Origin: Glaucostegus cemiculus
Lineage: Eukaryota
Length of the DNA stretch: 61,267 nt
Direction of reading: 5' to 3'
Assembly: GCA_976551045.1 (NCBI GenBank)
Contig: CDPCPM010000289.1
Location: 2,480,001 to 2,541,267 of the forward strand
Shown: positions 13,196 to 26,374 of the stretch, one piece after another
Numbering within the stretch: position 1 is the first letter of the stretch
How the letters are laid out: each line of letters starts with the position of its first letter
Translations under genes and position numbers: made by a program
Notes under the pieces: model-generated
Database searches by the model: none
Seen by the model: only the letters and a program-made list of their open reading frames with translations
Told to the model about the DNA's origin: nothing

Positions 13196-13904
13196 AGCAA
13201 CGGGTGTTCTAATTCACTCTTCGAGAATTAGAACACCTCAATTCACAGCTCAAGAACTGGAACATAGAACAGTACAGCACAGGAACAGGCCTTGCAGCCC
13301 ACCATGTCCATGCTGACCAAGATGCCCATTGAACTAATCCCATCTGTCTGCACATGGTCATTTTCCAGCTACCCTCAGCTTCCAACACTCCAGAGAAAAC
13401 AATCCAAGTTTGTCCAACCTTTCCTTATAATTAATCAAGACAACATCTGATGAACCTTTTCTGCACCCTCTCCAAAGCTTCCACAACCTTTAGCTAGAGG
13501 GTAGTGAACTTATGCAATTCCTTGCCACGAAAAGCAGTGGAGGCCAGATCATTGGAGGGGTTTAAGGAGGAGATAGATAGATATCTAATTAGTCAAGGTA
13601 TCAAGGGATATGGAGATAAGACTGGTAATTGGAGTCAGAATAAGTTTTTTTTTCTCTTCTTCCCCCCCCCCCCCCATTACTTATTTCTTTTTTCTTTCCC
13701 CTTCTCTTTAGAGTAGACTCAATGGGCCGAACAGCCTACTTCTGCTCCCTTGTCTTGTGATCTTGTGAACCTTCCTACAGATATGAATCTAGTAAATTGG
13801 TGCAGATGGATGGATTGAGATACAGGCCAGCAGTGAACTAAATGCTGGGGGAAGAGACCAGCAGCTTAATGGTCTGTACATTTATATTATCAGGAACCTT
13901 TAGC

Positions 13905-14305
13905 CAGGTCAGCTCAGTGGCAGCACGCTCTCCTTTGAATCCAGTCACAGGGTCAAACCCCGCTCCAGAAACTCGGGGACAAAACCCATGATGACACTCA
14001 GTGCGATCCTGAGAGAGTCTGGCACTGCCAGGTGTATGTCTCTTAGCTGAGAGATTATACCAACGACCATCCCATTTTGAATCAGAGCAAGTAAATTCTT
14101 CCCAGCCCCTGGTCAATGCTTGTCCCTTAATCAACATCATTAAAAAGGCAGGATTAGTCAATATCACATTCCTGTTTGTGGGATCTTGCAAAGCACAAAT
14201 TGGCTGCTACATTTCCTGTAATAGCAATTACAAACAAAAACTTTAGCTATAGTACATTTGGCTGGTCCTGAGGTTGCAAAAGGCATCATTAAATGCAAGT
14301 CTTTT
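13905..14305 (+). mobile_element. Decayed Deu-type (SacSINE1-like) SINE
   Basis: tRNA-like head GCTCAGTGG...GGGTCAAACCC and TTTGTGGGATCTTGC...AAATTGGCTGC tail; related copies near 25230, 30690 and 50860. Confidence 0.6.
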
Positions 14306-15350
14306 CTCCCCTTCCAAGTATACACCTTCCACAAAATTCTCAGCCGCTCTCACGTTCATAGCAAAGATCAGCACCTCGGTATCTTCTTCTCTGCTTTATT
14401 AAAAGATTGTTCAACCTTCGCCAAAGCAAATCAATTCACCCCTGGGGTTATCACATCCATATCCAAGTGTCGCAAGTCCCAGGAACAGCAGTTTTTCAAA
14501 AACAATTTTTAGAAAAAAATGATAATCTCATATTAGTACATCACATTCCGGTCAATTCAAACTGGACTTTCTTCAAAAATATTATGCTGCAGTCTCAGCC
14601 AAGTATTCTCCAGAAACAACATTGAAGGCATTTTGCTTTTGATAAAAGGAGATGATTGTGATGAGTCAAACTTTGAAATGGACAGATTAGAGCACAGGTT
14701 GTGTTTAGTGAGAAGCTGCAGCAACAGCAGCAATGTACAGGGTTCATAAGGGAGAACACTAACTTCAGCTAGTATTGGAGAAAATACTGAATGTGGTTCT
14801 GGAACCATGTACACATCCATAGGTTTGCCTTACAGGATAGGGACTCAGTCAATGGACAAGCCTGTGGGAAAATTGGATGTGAGAAATGTAGAGCAAGAAA
14901 GCTAAGCAGGGTGGGAAGAAAACCAGCAAGAGATTGTATATTTTACGATCAAAAAAACTAATTTCAATTAATTACCACCCCACCACATCTCAGGTGTGGC
15001 ACTTAAATTGAATTGATTTTAAATGCATGCCTTGCAGCTGAACATTATTCAAAAGTTCAGCTCTGTCCAGAAGGATTGCAGTTAATCAAGTAGCTGATTT
15101 TTGTTGAAATCATTTAAAATCACGATAATCTTAACTGCACCTTTCAAGCAAAGGTGTGACACTTGCATTCCATTCTAGCTCACTACAGTCTCGTCAAAAC
15201 TGATCACTACAGTGGGCCTCGTGAGCAACATTCTACTGGCACAGCACGTTGAGTGACTTGCTGTGCTGAGGCAAAGTGTAACATCCACACACCCAGTTGA
15301 CAAGTTTACATTGAAACACATAACTGAAAAATAAAAAAAATATAGTTTAC

Positions 15351-15414
15351 CTCATTTCCAATTGCTCTCACTTTTTCTAATGCGTCTAGAAAATACTTCT
15401 CGGCAGTCTTCCAA
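15351..15414 (-). CDS. CDC16: CDC16 exon 14 (WKTAEKYFLDALEKVRAIGNE)
   Basis: tgtttcag| ... |gtaaac; 64 nt. Confidence 0.95.
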
Positions 15415-16211
15415 CTGAAACATGATTGTTAAACTAATTTCAGCAAAGAACACAGCATATAAGTTAAAACATTTCTGGATTCAGAGCTTGTAATAAATCC
15501 ATTCATCTAGCTACAATATTAAAGAATGCTTTCAGATCAAAAGCATCTTGTCTCATTGGTTGACTGGTATGCAGCATCACTAGTATCAAACGAACGCCCA
15601 CCGCAGATTAGGATTGTTTTGTGTAAACTACAGTGTCATCACATTAAAAATACACAATCTGGCCAAAGGCAGCTCTGTTAATGTTCATAACACCTCACAG
15701 CCATTCGGCCCATCATGCCTGCACAGCTCTTGGAAAGAGCTTTCCAATTAGTCCCCACTCTCTTGCTCAGACCCCTGGCAATTTTCTTTGACATTACCGG
15801 AGTGTTTTTGCTACCTTTAGCTTTATGCTTTTTAAAACAAGTTTATTCTCTTTGTGAAAGAAAATATAATACTCGAACAAATATTGAACTTGAGTTAGTT
15901 TTGAACCAGTGCACATTGATTCTCTGCAGAATGAGAGAAACTTTCTCTGTGAAACTTTGACTATGCATTTCCCTAATCGTGTTCCACCTCATTCCTTCCC
16001 CAGCCTTGTCTGCCCTTTCCTTATTTCGTTCACTGCCCCACATACTCAGCAGCAGTGTAATTACAGTGACTCCTCCCATTGATGCAAACAGGGATTTATT
16101 TGCAGGAACGAAGAACAGAAAGACCTGTACAGAATCAAACCATTCGGTCCAACAAGTCTTGCCGGCAACAATGCGCCGTGAGAAGGTTTTCCCACCGTCA
16201 CCACACACCTC

Positions 16212-16611
16212 TGTGAGGAAGTGGAACCAAAGGAGAATCACTCCAGACCCAGGTCTGTTGCAAGTGTCAAAGGTTTATTGAGTTCTCAGTGGGGAGAATG
16301 GTGCTGAAAATCTCAGGCAACTTCTCCACAGAACAAAGGAAAACACCTCTTATCAAATCCTTTTCCAGTTTATCTCCAGATGGTACATGGTACCAGAACA
16401 GTAACACTATCCAACCTGGGGTCTAGTAAGGGGAAAGTCTACCTATAGACAAATGACCAATAGCTCTAGGTCATCTTCTAATGACTGCCAAACACCCTGG
16501 TCACTGCCCCTGAGCCTCAACAAAGGCCTCCATATTCAACAATCATGTGTTTCCAGCTAGATCGTCTGTCTATGAGACCACAGCAATGAAAGATGGTCAA
16601 GTCCCATAACA
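16212..16611 (-). mobile_element. Candidate solo LTR (400 bp)
   Basis: TGTTATGGGA...TTCCTCACA termini, TATA-like GATAAGA, and AATAAA about 65 nt before the 3' end; no target-site duplication seen. Confidence 0.4.
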
Positions 16612-16748
16612 ACTAGTCAGTTCTCCACTTTGAAACAACTACTGCTGCATTTCTACATTTTCTGGAAGTTATGAATATCTGGAAGAATTCAATTGCTACA
16701 GAAATATTTAGTGCAGGCCTGTACTGTGTAAAGTTTCAACCTACTTAC

Positions 16749-16901
16749 TCTGCATTTTGGAAAGCCACCACTCCCATCTCATGAAGAACAAAAGGGTCCT
16801 CAGGCGCTGTGCTCAAGGCCTGACTGAAAAACCTCTCTGCCAGTTTGGAATTGTTGGTCAGTCCATACTCGAGGCCAATGTACAACATTGGTAAATGACA
16901 C
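16749..16901 (-). CDS. CDC16: CDC16 exon 13 (CHLPMLYIGLEYGLTNNSKLAERFFSQALS...VAFQNA)
   Basis: gtcggcag| ... |gtaagt; 153 nt. Confidence 0.96.
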
Positions 16902-17689
16902 CTGCCGACAACAGAATGAATCATCGTTAATAATGCAATGCCTTCCAGGGAGCATGAACAAGATATATATCAAAGAATTTAAAGGACATTATAAACATCA
17001 CACAGAGGTAACTGCCGACATCACAGATTGGATGACTGTGCAGAGGTTTGTGGAATTGATATATTTATTCAATTGTTTAGATAATTGCTAACTGCAATCA
17101 ACTGATTTAAAAGCAATGACAAAGACAGGAAAATGTTCAAAGAGCTATGAAAGACTTTAAAAAAATTAAACTCTAAAATTTGGTAATCACTGGATTATTC
17201 ATAGCACCACGTATTCAGTATAGACAGCAAGGTGATAGGACAAAACTGGTTTCTTTCCACAGATGTTGCTTGACTGGCTGATTTCTTTCAGCGTTTCTGC
17301 TTTTGTGACAGGACAGATGTCCGTCTACTTATCCAAAGATGTTGAATTCAACGTTGTGCTCCAAGGGTACAGGGAATCAAAGTAACTCTGGTGTGTCTTT
17401 GTACCATCAAACCATTCCAAAGCAGCTCAAGATACAAGTCATCTTCCACTCAGGTACACTACACCTGCTGAGGCTCAGAATCAAATTCAGTGATTTCAGA
17501 TGAACAGCCTGTGACAGAAAAAGAGGAACCGCTGAGGGTGCTTAGCAGGTTAGGATTCTAAAGGCAAGCGAAGGATCGGCATTTTATGCAATGTTTCCAC
17601 TAGTAGGAGAGTTACAAGAAAGGGGGCATTAGTACAAAATATCGGCCCAGTCATTTAAAACTGAAATGAGTAGAAATGAAAAATTATTT

Positions 17690-18135
17690 ACGAGGATGTT
17701 GCCAGGACTAGAGGGCCTGAGACATTGGGAGAGGTTGGCCAGGCTGGGTCTTTATTCCTTGGAACATAGGAGAATGAGGGGCAACCTTATAGAAGTGTTT
17801 AAAATTATGAGAGGCACAGATAAGGTGGATGGTAACAGCCTTTTCCCCAGGGTAGGGGAGTCTAAAACTAAGGGGCAAGACTTAGGGTAAGAGGGAAAAG
17901 ATTTAAAAGGGACCTGAGGGGCAACTTTTTCATGCAGAGGTTGGTGAGTATATGGAACGAGCTGCCAGAGGAGTGGGTGAGGCAGGTACAACAGGGTCAT
18001 TTAAGAAGCACTTGGATAGGTACGTGGTGGGGAGGGGCTTGAAGGGATATGGGCCGAACACAGGAAATTGGGACTAGCTGAGTGGGCACTGTGGTCGGCA
18101 TGGACTGGTTGGGCCAAAGGGCTATATTTGCTCTT
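17690..18135 (+). mobile_element. CR1 LINE 3' end
   Basis: FTRMLPGLEGL...RLGLYSLEHRRMRGNLIEVFKIMRG (ORF 17666..17890). Confidence 0.88.
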
Positions 18136-18249
18136 TGATGATGTTTTTTTCTCTCAAGAGGGTAGTGAATCTCCGGAATTTTCTGCCCCAAAGGGTAGTG
18201 GAGGCCAGATCATCAGTTCACAAGGGAGAAGGACTTGTTGACTGGGGAG

Positions 18250-20045
18250 TTAGGGAGGGTGTGCTGATATTCTGGAACACGTCTGTACCAGAAAAGGGTA
18301 AGCACTGGAAATACAAGGGTGGATAAATCCCCAGGGATGAATGAGATCTATCCCAGGAAGCTAAGGGAAGCAAAAGGGAGGTGATTGCTGGGACTCTGAC
18401 AGAGAGTTCTGCATCTTTGTTAGCTAAGGGTGAGGTATAGAAGACAGGAGGCCAGGTATAATGCTGTCCACTTTTTCCAAAAAGGCAGTATGGACAAGCC
18501 TGGAAACAACAGGCCAGTGAACCCTACATCAGTGGTGAGGAAGTTGTTGGAGAAGATTTTGAAGGACAAGATTTAGGTTCACTTGGAAAGGAATGGACAG
18601 ATTAGGAGGAGTCGGCATGGTTTTGTGCAGGGGAGGTCACGTCTCACAATCTGATTGATCTTTTTTGAGGAGATGACTAGGAAAATTGATGAGGGCAGAG
18701 CAGTAGACATGGTTTATATGAACTTTAGCAAGGCTTGTGACAAGGTCCTGCCTGGCAGGTTGGTCTAAAAGGTTAAGCCACAAGGGATCCATGGCATGTT
18801 GGTGAACTAAATCCAAAATTGGCTTGGTGATAAGAGACAGTAATAATCTACAACAAATGATGTACCACAGGGATTGGTATTTGTTATACATACAATTGAC
18901 TTGGATGAGAATGTAGGAGGCACAATTAGTAAATTTGAAGGCGACACAAAAATGGTGGAATTGTTGATAACAAAAAAGATTGTTTAAAGATACTACAGAA
19001 CATAGGTCAGCTGGAAAATTAGAGAGAGTTGTGGTAGATGGGATTTAATCCAGGCAAGTGTGAGGTAATGCACTTTGGAAGGTCAAATCCTGGTTGGAAA
19101 TACAGAGTAAATGACATGGAGCTTAGGAGTGCTGATGTACAGAGGGACCTTGGGGTTAGGACTGGACAGGGTAGTGAAAAAGGCATTTGGTATGCTTGCC
19201 ATCAAAGCGGGCACGATCTATGCGGCACAATAGCATAGCAGTTAGTGTGACGCTGTTACAGCGCCAGCGATCGGGGTTCGATTCCCGTCGCTGTCTGTAA
19301 GGAGCTTGTATGTTTTCCCATGTCTGCATGGGTCTCCTCCGGGTGCTCCGGTTTCCTCCCACATTCTGAAAGACGTACGGGTAGGTTAATTTGGGAGTTT
19401 AAAATGGGCGGTGCGGACTCGTTGGGCCGAAAGGGCCTGTTACCACACTGTAAATAAAAGTTAAAAATTAAAACCAAAATTTAAATCATTGGTCGGGGCT
19501 TTGAGTACAAGGGTTAGGACATTATGTTGCAGTTGTACAGACCATTTGCTCAACTGCACTTAGAGTACTGTGTACAGTTTTGTTTGCCACACTACAGGAA
19601 GTTTGTGGTAGGATGTTAGCTGGAATGGAGAGCTGTAGTTATGCAGAGGGATTGTTCTCACTGGAACAGAGGAGGCCAAGGGATGACCTTACAAAGGTTT
19701 ACCAAATTATGAGGGGTAAAGATAGGATAGATGGTCAGAATTGTTTTGCAAGAGTTAGAACTGGAGGGCACAGGTTTAGGGTGAGAGGGGAGAAATTTAA
19801 AGGAGCTGGAAGAGGTAATTTTTTAACAAATGGATAGTGTCTAGAAGCAGCTGCCATAGGAGGTGGTGGGGACAGGTAGAATCACAATGTTTGAAATGCA
19901 TTTGGACAGGTACTCAGATAGGAAAGGCATAGAGGGATATGGGACTAATGTAGGCAAATGGGATTTACATAGCTAGGCATCCTGCTGGGTATGGAGTAAG
20001 TGGGCTGAAGGGCTTGTTTCTGTGTTATACAATTCTATGATTATT
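18250..20045 (+). mobile_element. CR1 LINE ORF2 remnant interrupted by a SINE
   Basis: RAVDMVYMNFSKA, GFNPGKCEVMHFGRSN and GLFSLEQRR motifs with many stops. Confidence 0.88.
19205..19486 (+). mobile_element. V-SINE-like element nested in CR1
   Basis: GGTTCGATTCCC B-box, CCGGGTGCTCCGGTTTCCTCCCACA core and A-rich tail; CR1 sequence resumes at TCATTGGTCGGGG. Confidence 0.88.
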
Positions 20046-20302
20046 AGATACACATTTTAGTGGAGATAGACAATATTTGAAAGATCGAGGAATTGAGGGC
20101 TATGGGAAAACTGGCAGAAGAGGAGTTGAGGCCAGCTTACATCAGCCATGACCAGATTGAATGATGGGGCAGGTTTGAGGGGCCGAGCCGTGCTCCTGTT
20201 GTCATTTGCTCTTGTGATCTTTCGTCGTGCTGGATCGTTGACCCTGGACATTTGCCCCTTCTCCCTGTCGATGCTATAGTGCAGTCGGTTCATGTTTCAG
20301 CA

Positions 20303-20524
20303 CCAGCAGAGGATACGGCACTCTTCTCTAACCAGCGCCAATACTGTACATCCAAACCCTGCAGAGGATATGGCAATCCTCTCTAACCAGGGTCAATACT
20401 GTACATACAAACCCTGCAGAGGATATGGCAATCCTCTCTAACCAGGGCCAATATTGTACATCCAAACATCCTGCAGAGGATACGGCACTCCTCTCTAACC
20501 AGGGCCAATAATGTATATCCAAAC
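20303..20524. repeat. 55-bp tandem repeat, 4 copies, in CDC16 intron 12
   Basis: CCTGCAGAGGATATGGCAATCCTCTCTAACCAGGG... starts at 20358 and 20413. Confidence 0.93.
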
Positions 20525-20826
20525 AAGGGGACGGAAGTTTAGTTTACAGCAGTAGTGTAGCTGTCCTCCAGCAATGCAATAGCCTAGACCAAACGAGAGG
20601 AGCTTGCACAACTGCCCACTGGCTCAGGAGAGAGTGGTACCAGCAAGTCCCAACCAGGCTGATAAAGAGTTGGCAGAAACTTCCTTTTAAAAACACATTG
20701 CAACATTAGTTTTGAAACCGCGTTGGAAAGGTCATGCCAGCAACATGTAAAGTCACAAATGTCTATCAAACAATGATTTATCTTGCGTTAGAGACATTTA
20801 CTGAGTGCGGTGGGAGCAGCACCTAC

Positions 20827-20952
20827 CCTTTCATTAGCTGAGCTGCAGTGAAGTAGGCAGCCATGGCCTGGTCATGCTCACCTTCCACTGCAAACGAATG
20901 GCCATAGGCGATCCAGGCCGGCCCATAGGTTCGCTCCAGGGTGGTGGCTTTA
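20827..20952 (-). CDS. CDC16: CDC16 exon 12 (KATTLERTYGPAWIAYGHSFAVEGEHDQAMAAYFTAAQLMKG)
   Basis: ccttcctcag| ... |gtaggt; 126 nt. Confidence 0.96.
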
Positions 20953-21049
20953 CTGAGGAAGGCAAACAAATTCTATTAGAAACAACTACAACAAATGCCC
21001 ATCGATTAGCATAGGCCACTGCACAAGTCAGGAGGCAAGGTGTGGAACT

Positions 21050-23215
21050 CAGAACAGCACAGGGACAGGCCCTTTGGCCCACCACGCCTGTGCTGCTGTG
21101 TCCATCTTAACTAATCTCATTTGCCTGCACAAGGTCTATATCCACCCCCCTCCCCCATTCCCTGCCTGTCTAAACGCCTCTTAAATATTACTATCGTATC
21201 TGCTTCCACCACTACGCTCGGCAGTGTGCAGTAGGTGTGTAAAAGATGGCCTTGTAAATCATTAAGCTTTCTCCTCTCATCTTAAAGCTACGTCCTCCAG
21301 TATTTGACATTTCCACGCTGGGAAGAAGACTGACTGTCTACCCTATCCATGCCTCTCATAATTTTACAAATTTCTATCAGGTCACCCCTCAGCCTCCGAC
21401 GCTCCAGAGAAAATAACTCAAGTTTGTCCAACCTCTCCTTGTAGCTAATACTCCCTAATCCAGGCCACATCCTGGTAAACTTCTTCCACGCCCTCTCCAA
21501 AGTCTCCACATCCTTCCTATAACGTTGTAACCAGAACTGCACACAATACACCACATGTGGCATAACCAAAGTTTATACAGCAGGACCTGTCCCGCAATTA
21601 ATACTTTGCTTCAGTATTCACCAGAGAGAGCGACCTTGGTGTTTGTGAGGATGGTGTACGACAGACTGATACGCTAGGGCATGCCAACGTGAGGAAAGAA
21701 GATATGCTAGGAGTTTTGTAAAACATTAGAATAGACAAGTCACCAAGGTCGGATGGGATGTATCTAAGGTTATTATGGGAAACGAGGGAAGAGATTGCGG
21801 CGCCTTTGGCAACAATCTTTGCATCCTCACTGGCCACAGGATTAGTGCCAGATGATTGGAGGGTGGCAAATGTTGTTCCTTTGTTTAAGAAAGTGGGAAG
21901 GGATAACACTAGGAATTACAGACCAGTGAGTCTTACTTTAGTGGTGGGCAAATTACTGGAGAAGATTGTTAGTGACAGGATTATGGGCATTTAGAGAAGC
22001 ATAGCCTGATTAGGGACAGTCAGTGTGGCTTTGTGAGGGGCAAACTCTATTTGCCATTTCTCTGCCCACATTTCCAACTGGTCTACATCTTGCTGTACCC
22101 TTTGACAACCTTCCTCATTATTCACAACTCCACCAATTTTTGGTCACCTGCAAACGTACTAATCAGCCGATATACATTTTTGTTCACACCAGAGGTTCTG
22201 GCACTGATCCTTAACACCATTGGTCATAGACCCCCCAGTCAAAATATCACCCCATCACTATTACCCTCTGTCTTCTATGGTCAAGCCAATTTTAACTCTA
22301 ATCTATGAAGTCTCCATGGATCCCTTGTGCCTGAAAATTCTGATCAGCCTACCATGAGGAATTTTGTTGAAAGCTTTACTGAAGTCCATGTAGACTACGT
22401 CCACTGCCCTACCCTCAATTGTCTTTGTCACCTCCTCAAAAAAATCAAGTTTATAAGACATGATCTCCCACACATACTTATTTCCAGATGCAAGTAGGTC
22501 TATCCCCAAGAATCTTCTCCAATGATTTCCTGACCGCTGACCAGCCTATAATTTCCTGGCTTGTCTCTACTGCCCTTAAACAAAGGAACAATGTTGGTTG
22601 TTCTGCAGTCCTCTGGGGCCTCACCTGTGGCTAAAGAGGATACAGAGATCTCTGTCAAGCAATCTGCTCTCTCAATAACTTGGGATAGAGCCCATCAGAC
22701 CAATGTGAATACTTGATGCAAAGTACTCGTTTAGTACCTCGCCCACTTCAACTGGGTCGAGGCATAAGCTCCCTCCTTTGTCGTTGAGTGGTCCTACCCT
22801 CACCCTAGTTACCCTGTTTTTAAACGCATGTCAAAAATGCCTTGGGATTCTCTTTAATCCCACTCGCCAAGAACATTTTATGGATCCTTTAGCCCTGCTG
22901 GTTCCCTGTTTAAATTCCCTCCTGCTCCCTTTATAGTCCTCAAAAGCCCAGTCTGGTTTCACCTTCCTAAACCTCACACATGCTTCCTTTTCGTTTTGAC
23001 TAAATTTGCAACATTTCTCATCATCCAAGGTTCCTGAACCTTGCCAGCCTTTTTGTTTTGTTCTCTGCACAGGAAAACATTGGTCTTGAATTCTGACCAG
23101 CTGTCCTTTAAACGTCTCCCACATGTTGAATGCGTGGACTTGGCCAATAATAGCTACTGCAATTTACTCTCCCCAGTTCCTGCACTACACTGCTGGAAGG
23201 TCTTTCCCCAATTTA
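21050..23215 (-). mobile_element. CR1 LINE (minus strand) containing an oppositely oriented CR1 piece at about 21600-22045
   Basis: ORFs 21288..21569(-), 21758..21994(+; DWRVANVVPLFKK, NYRPVSLT), 22303..22509(-) and 22831..23124(-). Confidence 0.88.
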
Positions 23216-23903
23216 GCCTAGAGAAGATAACTAAAAGTATAGAGGAAGGTGGTAACTCTTGAGAAAACAAATGTACAACAGGCCACTTCCTGACTTGTAA
23301 AATTCTAACCAGTCAATAGTTTCTCTGCATAACCCATGTATGGAACAAGAGGTGCAACTCATTTACTGGGTACAAGGGTGGGCAATTCCAAAGGACCCAA
23401 TCACCAGTATATAATCGAACTCCACCACTGTCCACAACCCTAACCACCCCAGCATCATAGACAAGCAGCTGCCTCAGTATTGCTATGCACACCAACTCCC
23501 ACCTGTTCCTCAAGTCTCCATATGTCCCTCAGATGGAACATAGGGAGAGGTGGTGATCATTCAAATCCTTGATCCCATTAAACATCATGGTTAATCTGCC
23601 CCTTAAGACGAGCTGTTTAGGTTCCATAATCCCCTCACCCTACAACAGTGCATCAGTCTTGGTTCTGGAGTTTTAAACTAAGCCTCAGCATTTTGGGGAA
23701 AGGAATTCTTCTGTAAGAGAAAGTGCTTCCTGACCTCAGCACTGGCCACCCAGTCTAATGGTCAGGGGAATGCACTCTCTCAGTAAAACACGGCACACCT
23801 GCAAAAATCACTAAAACAAAATTAAAATCAAGAAGAAAATATGGATTGATGACAAAAACACAAAGCTGCTGTAAATGCCCCAGTAACACAGCTGCATTCC
23901 CAC

Positions 23904-23977
23904 CTGAGATATCTCCTGGCGTGTTCGTTTTTGTGGCCAACCATGAGGTAGTAACAACCGACAGCAAACCAGGACAC
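23904..23977 (-). CDS. CDC16: CDC16 exon 11 (VSWFAVGCYYLMVGHKNEHARRYLS)
   Basis: gatgagcag| ... |gtggga; 74 nt. Confidence 0.95.
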
Positions 23978-24616
23978 CTGCTCATCAAGAGGCAACAGAA
24001 ACAGGAAAATGAGTAACTGAAAGGCTAGAACTGTAGTCTCTTTAACCAGAGCGGCAGCAAATTGGATCAGACAGGGTCAACGTGAAGAGCAGAGATATGG
24101 TTAAGGGGAATCTTGGAAAAAACATGAAGGAGGAAGAATGGAGGGGAGATGGAGATGGGTGGAAAGAGGCTCATGGAGAGATACTCGTTGGCAGGGGGCC
24201 GAGGGGCAAACCAGCCCCCTACCATGCCGTGTTCTGTTTATGTGGAAACACTACCAGCAGAATTGTGGATGGTCAAATTGTGTGAAGATGAACCACAGAG
24301 AAGGAGCCACAGATCCCACTCCTGCTCCATGATTACGTGGCTGATTTAACTGCACAAGGCTCAACCCACCTCGCAATTTGGGAGAGAGAAACCGACCCCC
24401 GTACCTGCCAACGGCTTTGTAACAAGCTCCTGGTGGAAGTGCAAGCATCGCGAAGGCAAGTTGTAGCTCACCTGTGATGCTTGACATGAGCACAGACCCA
24501 CTCACTCGTGTGTGAGCATTGGTAATCTGTGGTCATTTGAGATAAAGTGGCATCAAAAGTAGAATGATGGAAAGGGAAGACAGGATATGAATACTCGTGC
24601 ATGCAATACAACTTAC

Positions 24617-24666
24617 CGGATTATTGGGGTACAAATCCACCAACTTGTGCGCAAGGTAGAAGAGTT
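24617..24666 (-). CDS. CDC16: CDC16 exon 10 (ELFYLAHKLVDLYPNNP)
   Basis: cccttcag| ... |gtaagt; 50 nt. Confidence 0.95.
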
Positions 24667-25046
24667 CTGAAGGGCAAAGAACAAATGCAAAGAAAGAATT
24701 AAATCTGTGCAATTCTGTTTACAATCAGAAAATAAGAGGCAGTGAGAATGCAATGAGCTTACACCAAACATCAAGAGTCAGTTCAAAGTAAGGAGCTGGC
24801 ACCAGCTGCAAATAAAGGACAGGAGGAAAGAGGAGGGAGTCACAGCACATCGTGCTGAACAGCCAAGTGCTCCTTCACCAGTGGTGGAACTGAGGGGGAG
24901 TGAGGACTGACCATCACCCAGAGCCAAGAGGGCAAGTGTCAGGCAGACAAAGGGAGGCTGAAGCAGTGGATTTGTGTGCCTGAAACATGGTAGGCTGAGT
25001 CGTTCAAGTTAGATGAAGGCAAAAGGAAAAGTGATTCAGTTCCTAC

Positions 25047-25126
25047 CGTTTGCCTTGTTCAGTTCCACCAAGGCTCCAATGTGCACTGGAAGCAGCACTG
25101 CATGATAAGGATCTTTATTCATCACC
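25047..25126 (-). CDS. CDC16: CDC16 exon 9 (VMNKDPYHAVLLPVHIGALVELNKAN)
   Basis: tcttgacag| ... |gtagga; 80 nt. Confidence 0.95.
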
Positions 25127-25617
25127 CTGTCAAGAGACACCGAAACAAACAGCACAGGTTATTGAATTAACCCACCTACAAAGTGTTTAACAATTATATA
25201 AACCTTGCCGCATTACACTAGGAAGGTGCCAGGCACAGCACAGTGGGTGGCCCTCTCAGCCAAGGCAGGAAGCTGTGGTTTAAGTCCCTCTCCAGACCCC
25301 ACACTGCAAAAGCCAGCCCTAAACTTTACGGGGTGCTGCTCTGTCAGAGAGGCCATCTTTAAGTGAGATGTTAAATCTCTCAAGATATTAACCACTGCAG
25401 GTATTCCAAGCCGCAGGGCTGTTCTCTCCAGTGTCCTGGGTCACATTCATCCAACAAACATCACAAAAACAGATTATCTCATTGAATAATGTGAGAGCCT
25501 ACTATGTACAAATTAGCTGCCAAATTTCCTCTGTTACCATAGTGATTACACTTCAAATAAGACTTTTTTTTAACTGGCTGCCAAGAATCTTATTGATGAT
25601 GTACATACTTTACTTAC

Positions 25618-25751
25618 ATCGAAGTCAGTTTATAGCAAGTCTTGAAATCACAGTTGTAGTAATTCCTCTCCGCCACAGAAACTACAACATCCAGGTTATC
25701 CTGGAGTCCATCGACTGATTCAGGAATTAACGTTTCACTTGGCTTATTATA
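25618..25751 (-). CDS. CDC16: CDC16 exon 8 (YNKPSETLIPESVDGLQDNLDVVVSVAERNYYNCDFKTCYKLTS)
   Basis: ccccaacag| ... |gtaagt; 134 nt; overlaps ORF 25614..25814. Confidence 0.96.
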
Positions 25752-26374
25752 CTGTTGGGGAGAAGATACAAGACCACGCGGGGTTAAGGCATTAACATTA
25801 CTATAGCAGCTCAAATAATTAAAAGTTACTGAGTGGGCAGAAATGGGGTGAAATTACAGGAAGAAAGCAGTGACAAGGATTATGGTTACCCTACAAATAT
25901 ATTCACTTCTTGTAGCCAATGGGGAAATCTGTGATCGTTTCCCACTCAAAATTCCTTGTTCAAGTTGGAAATGACTTACGTCACTATATTATGAACAATG
26001 GAGAGGATGATTCAAGCCACAGTACACCAAGGAGGTGGATTCACTCCCAAAGAGTGAGAGTCTGTGGTGGGTTCTGCTGGTTGATCCAATCAACGAAGAA
26101 ATTGGGGCTCATTGAGGGCTGGAATCTGGACAAGTCTGACAGTAACATTCAATGACCATGTCTAACATCAATCTGACCACTTCACCTTAACATTCGATCA
26201 CATTACCATTGCTGAGTTCCTTCACCAACATTGACCAAAAACACAATTAGACCAGCCAAATAAATACTGTGGCTGCAGGAGCAGGTCAGGCAGCATCTGT
26301 GGAGAGACAGGCCGGCATCCGCGGAGAGGCAGGCCAGCAATGTCTCAGAATGATGGACTCCGTGGATCAGGTGA

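Noticed and set aside
19222-19295. tRNA-like sequence with A and B boxes
   Set aside because: Head of a SINE; continues into the V-type core and does not give a complete cloverleaf
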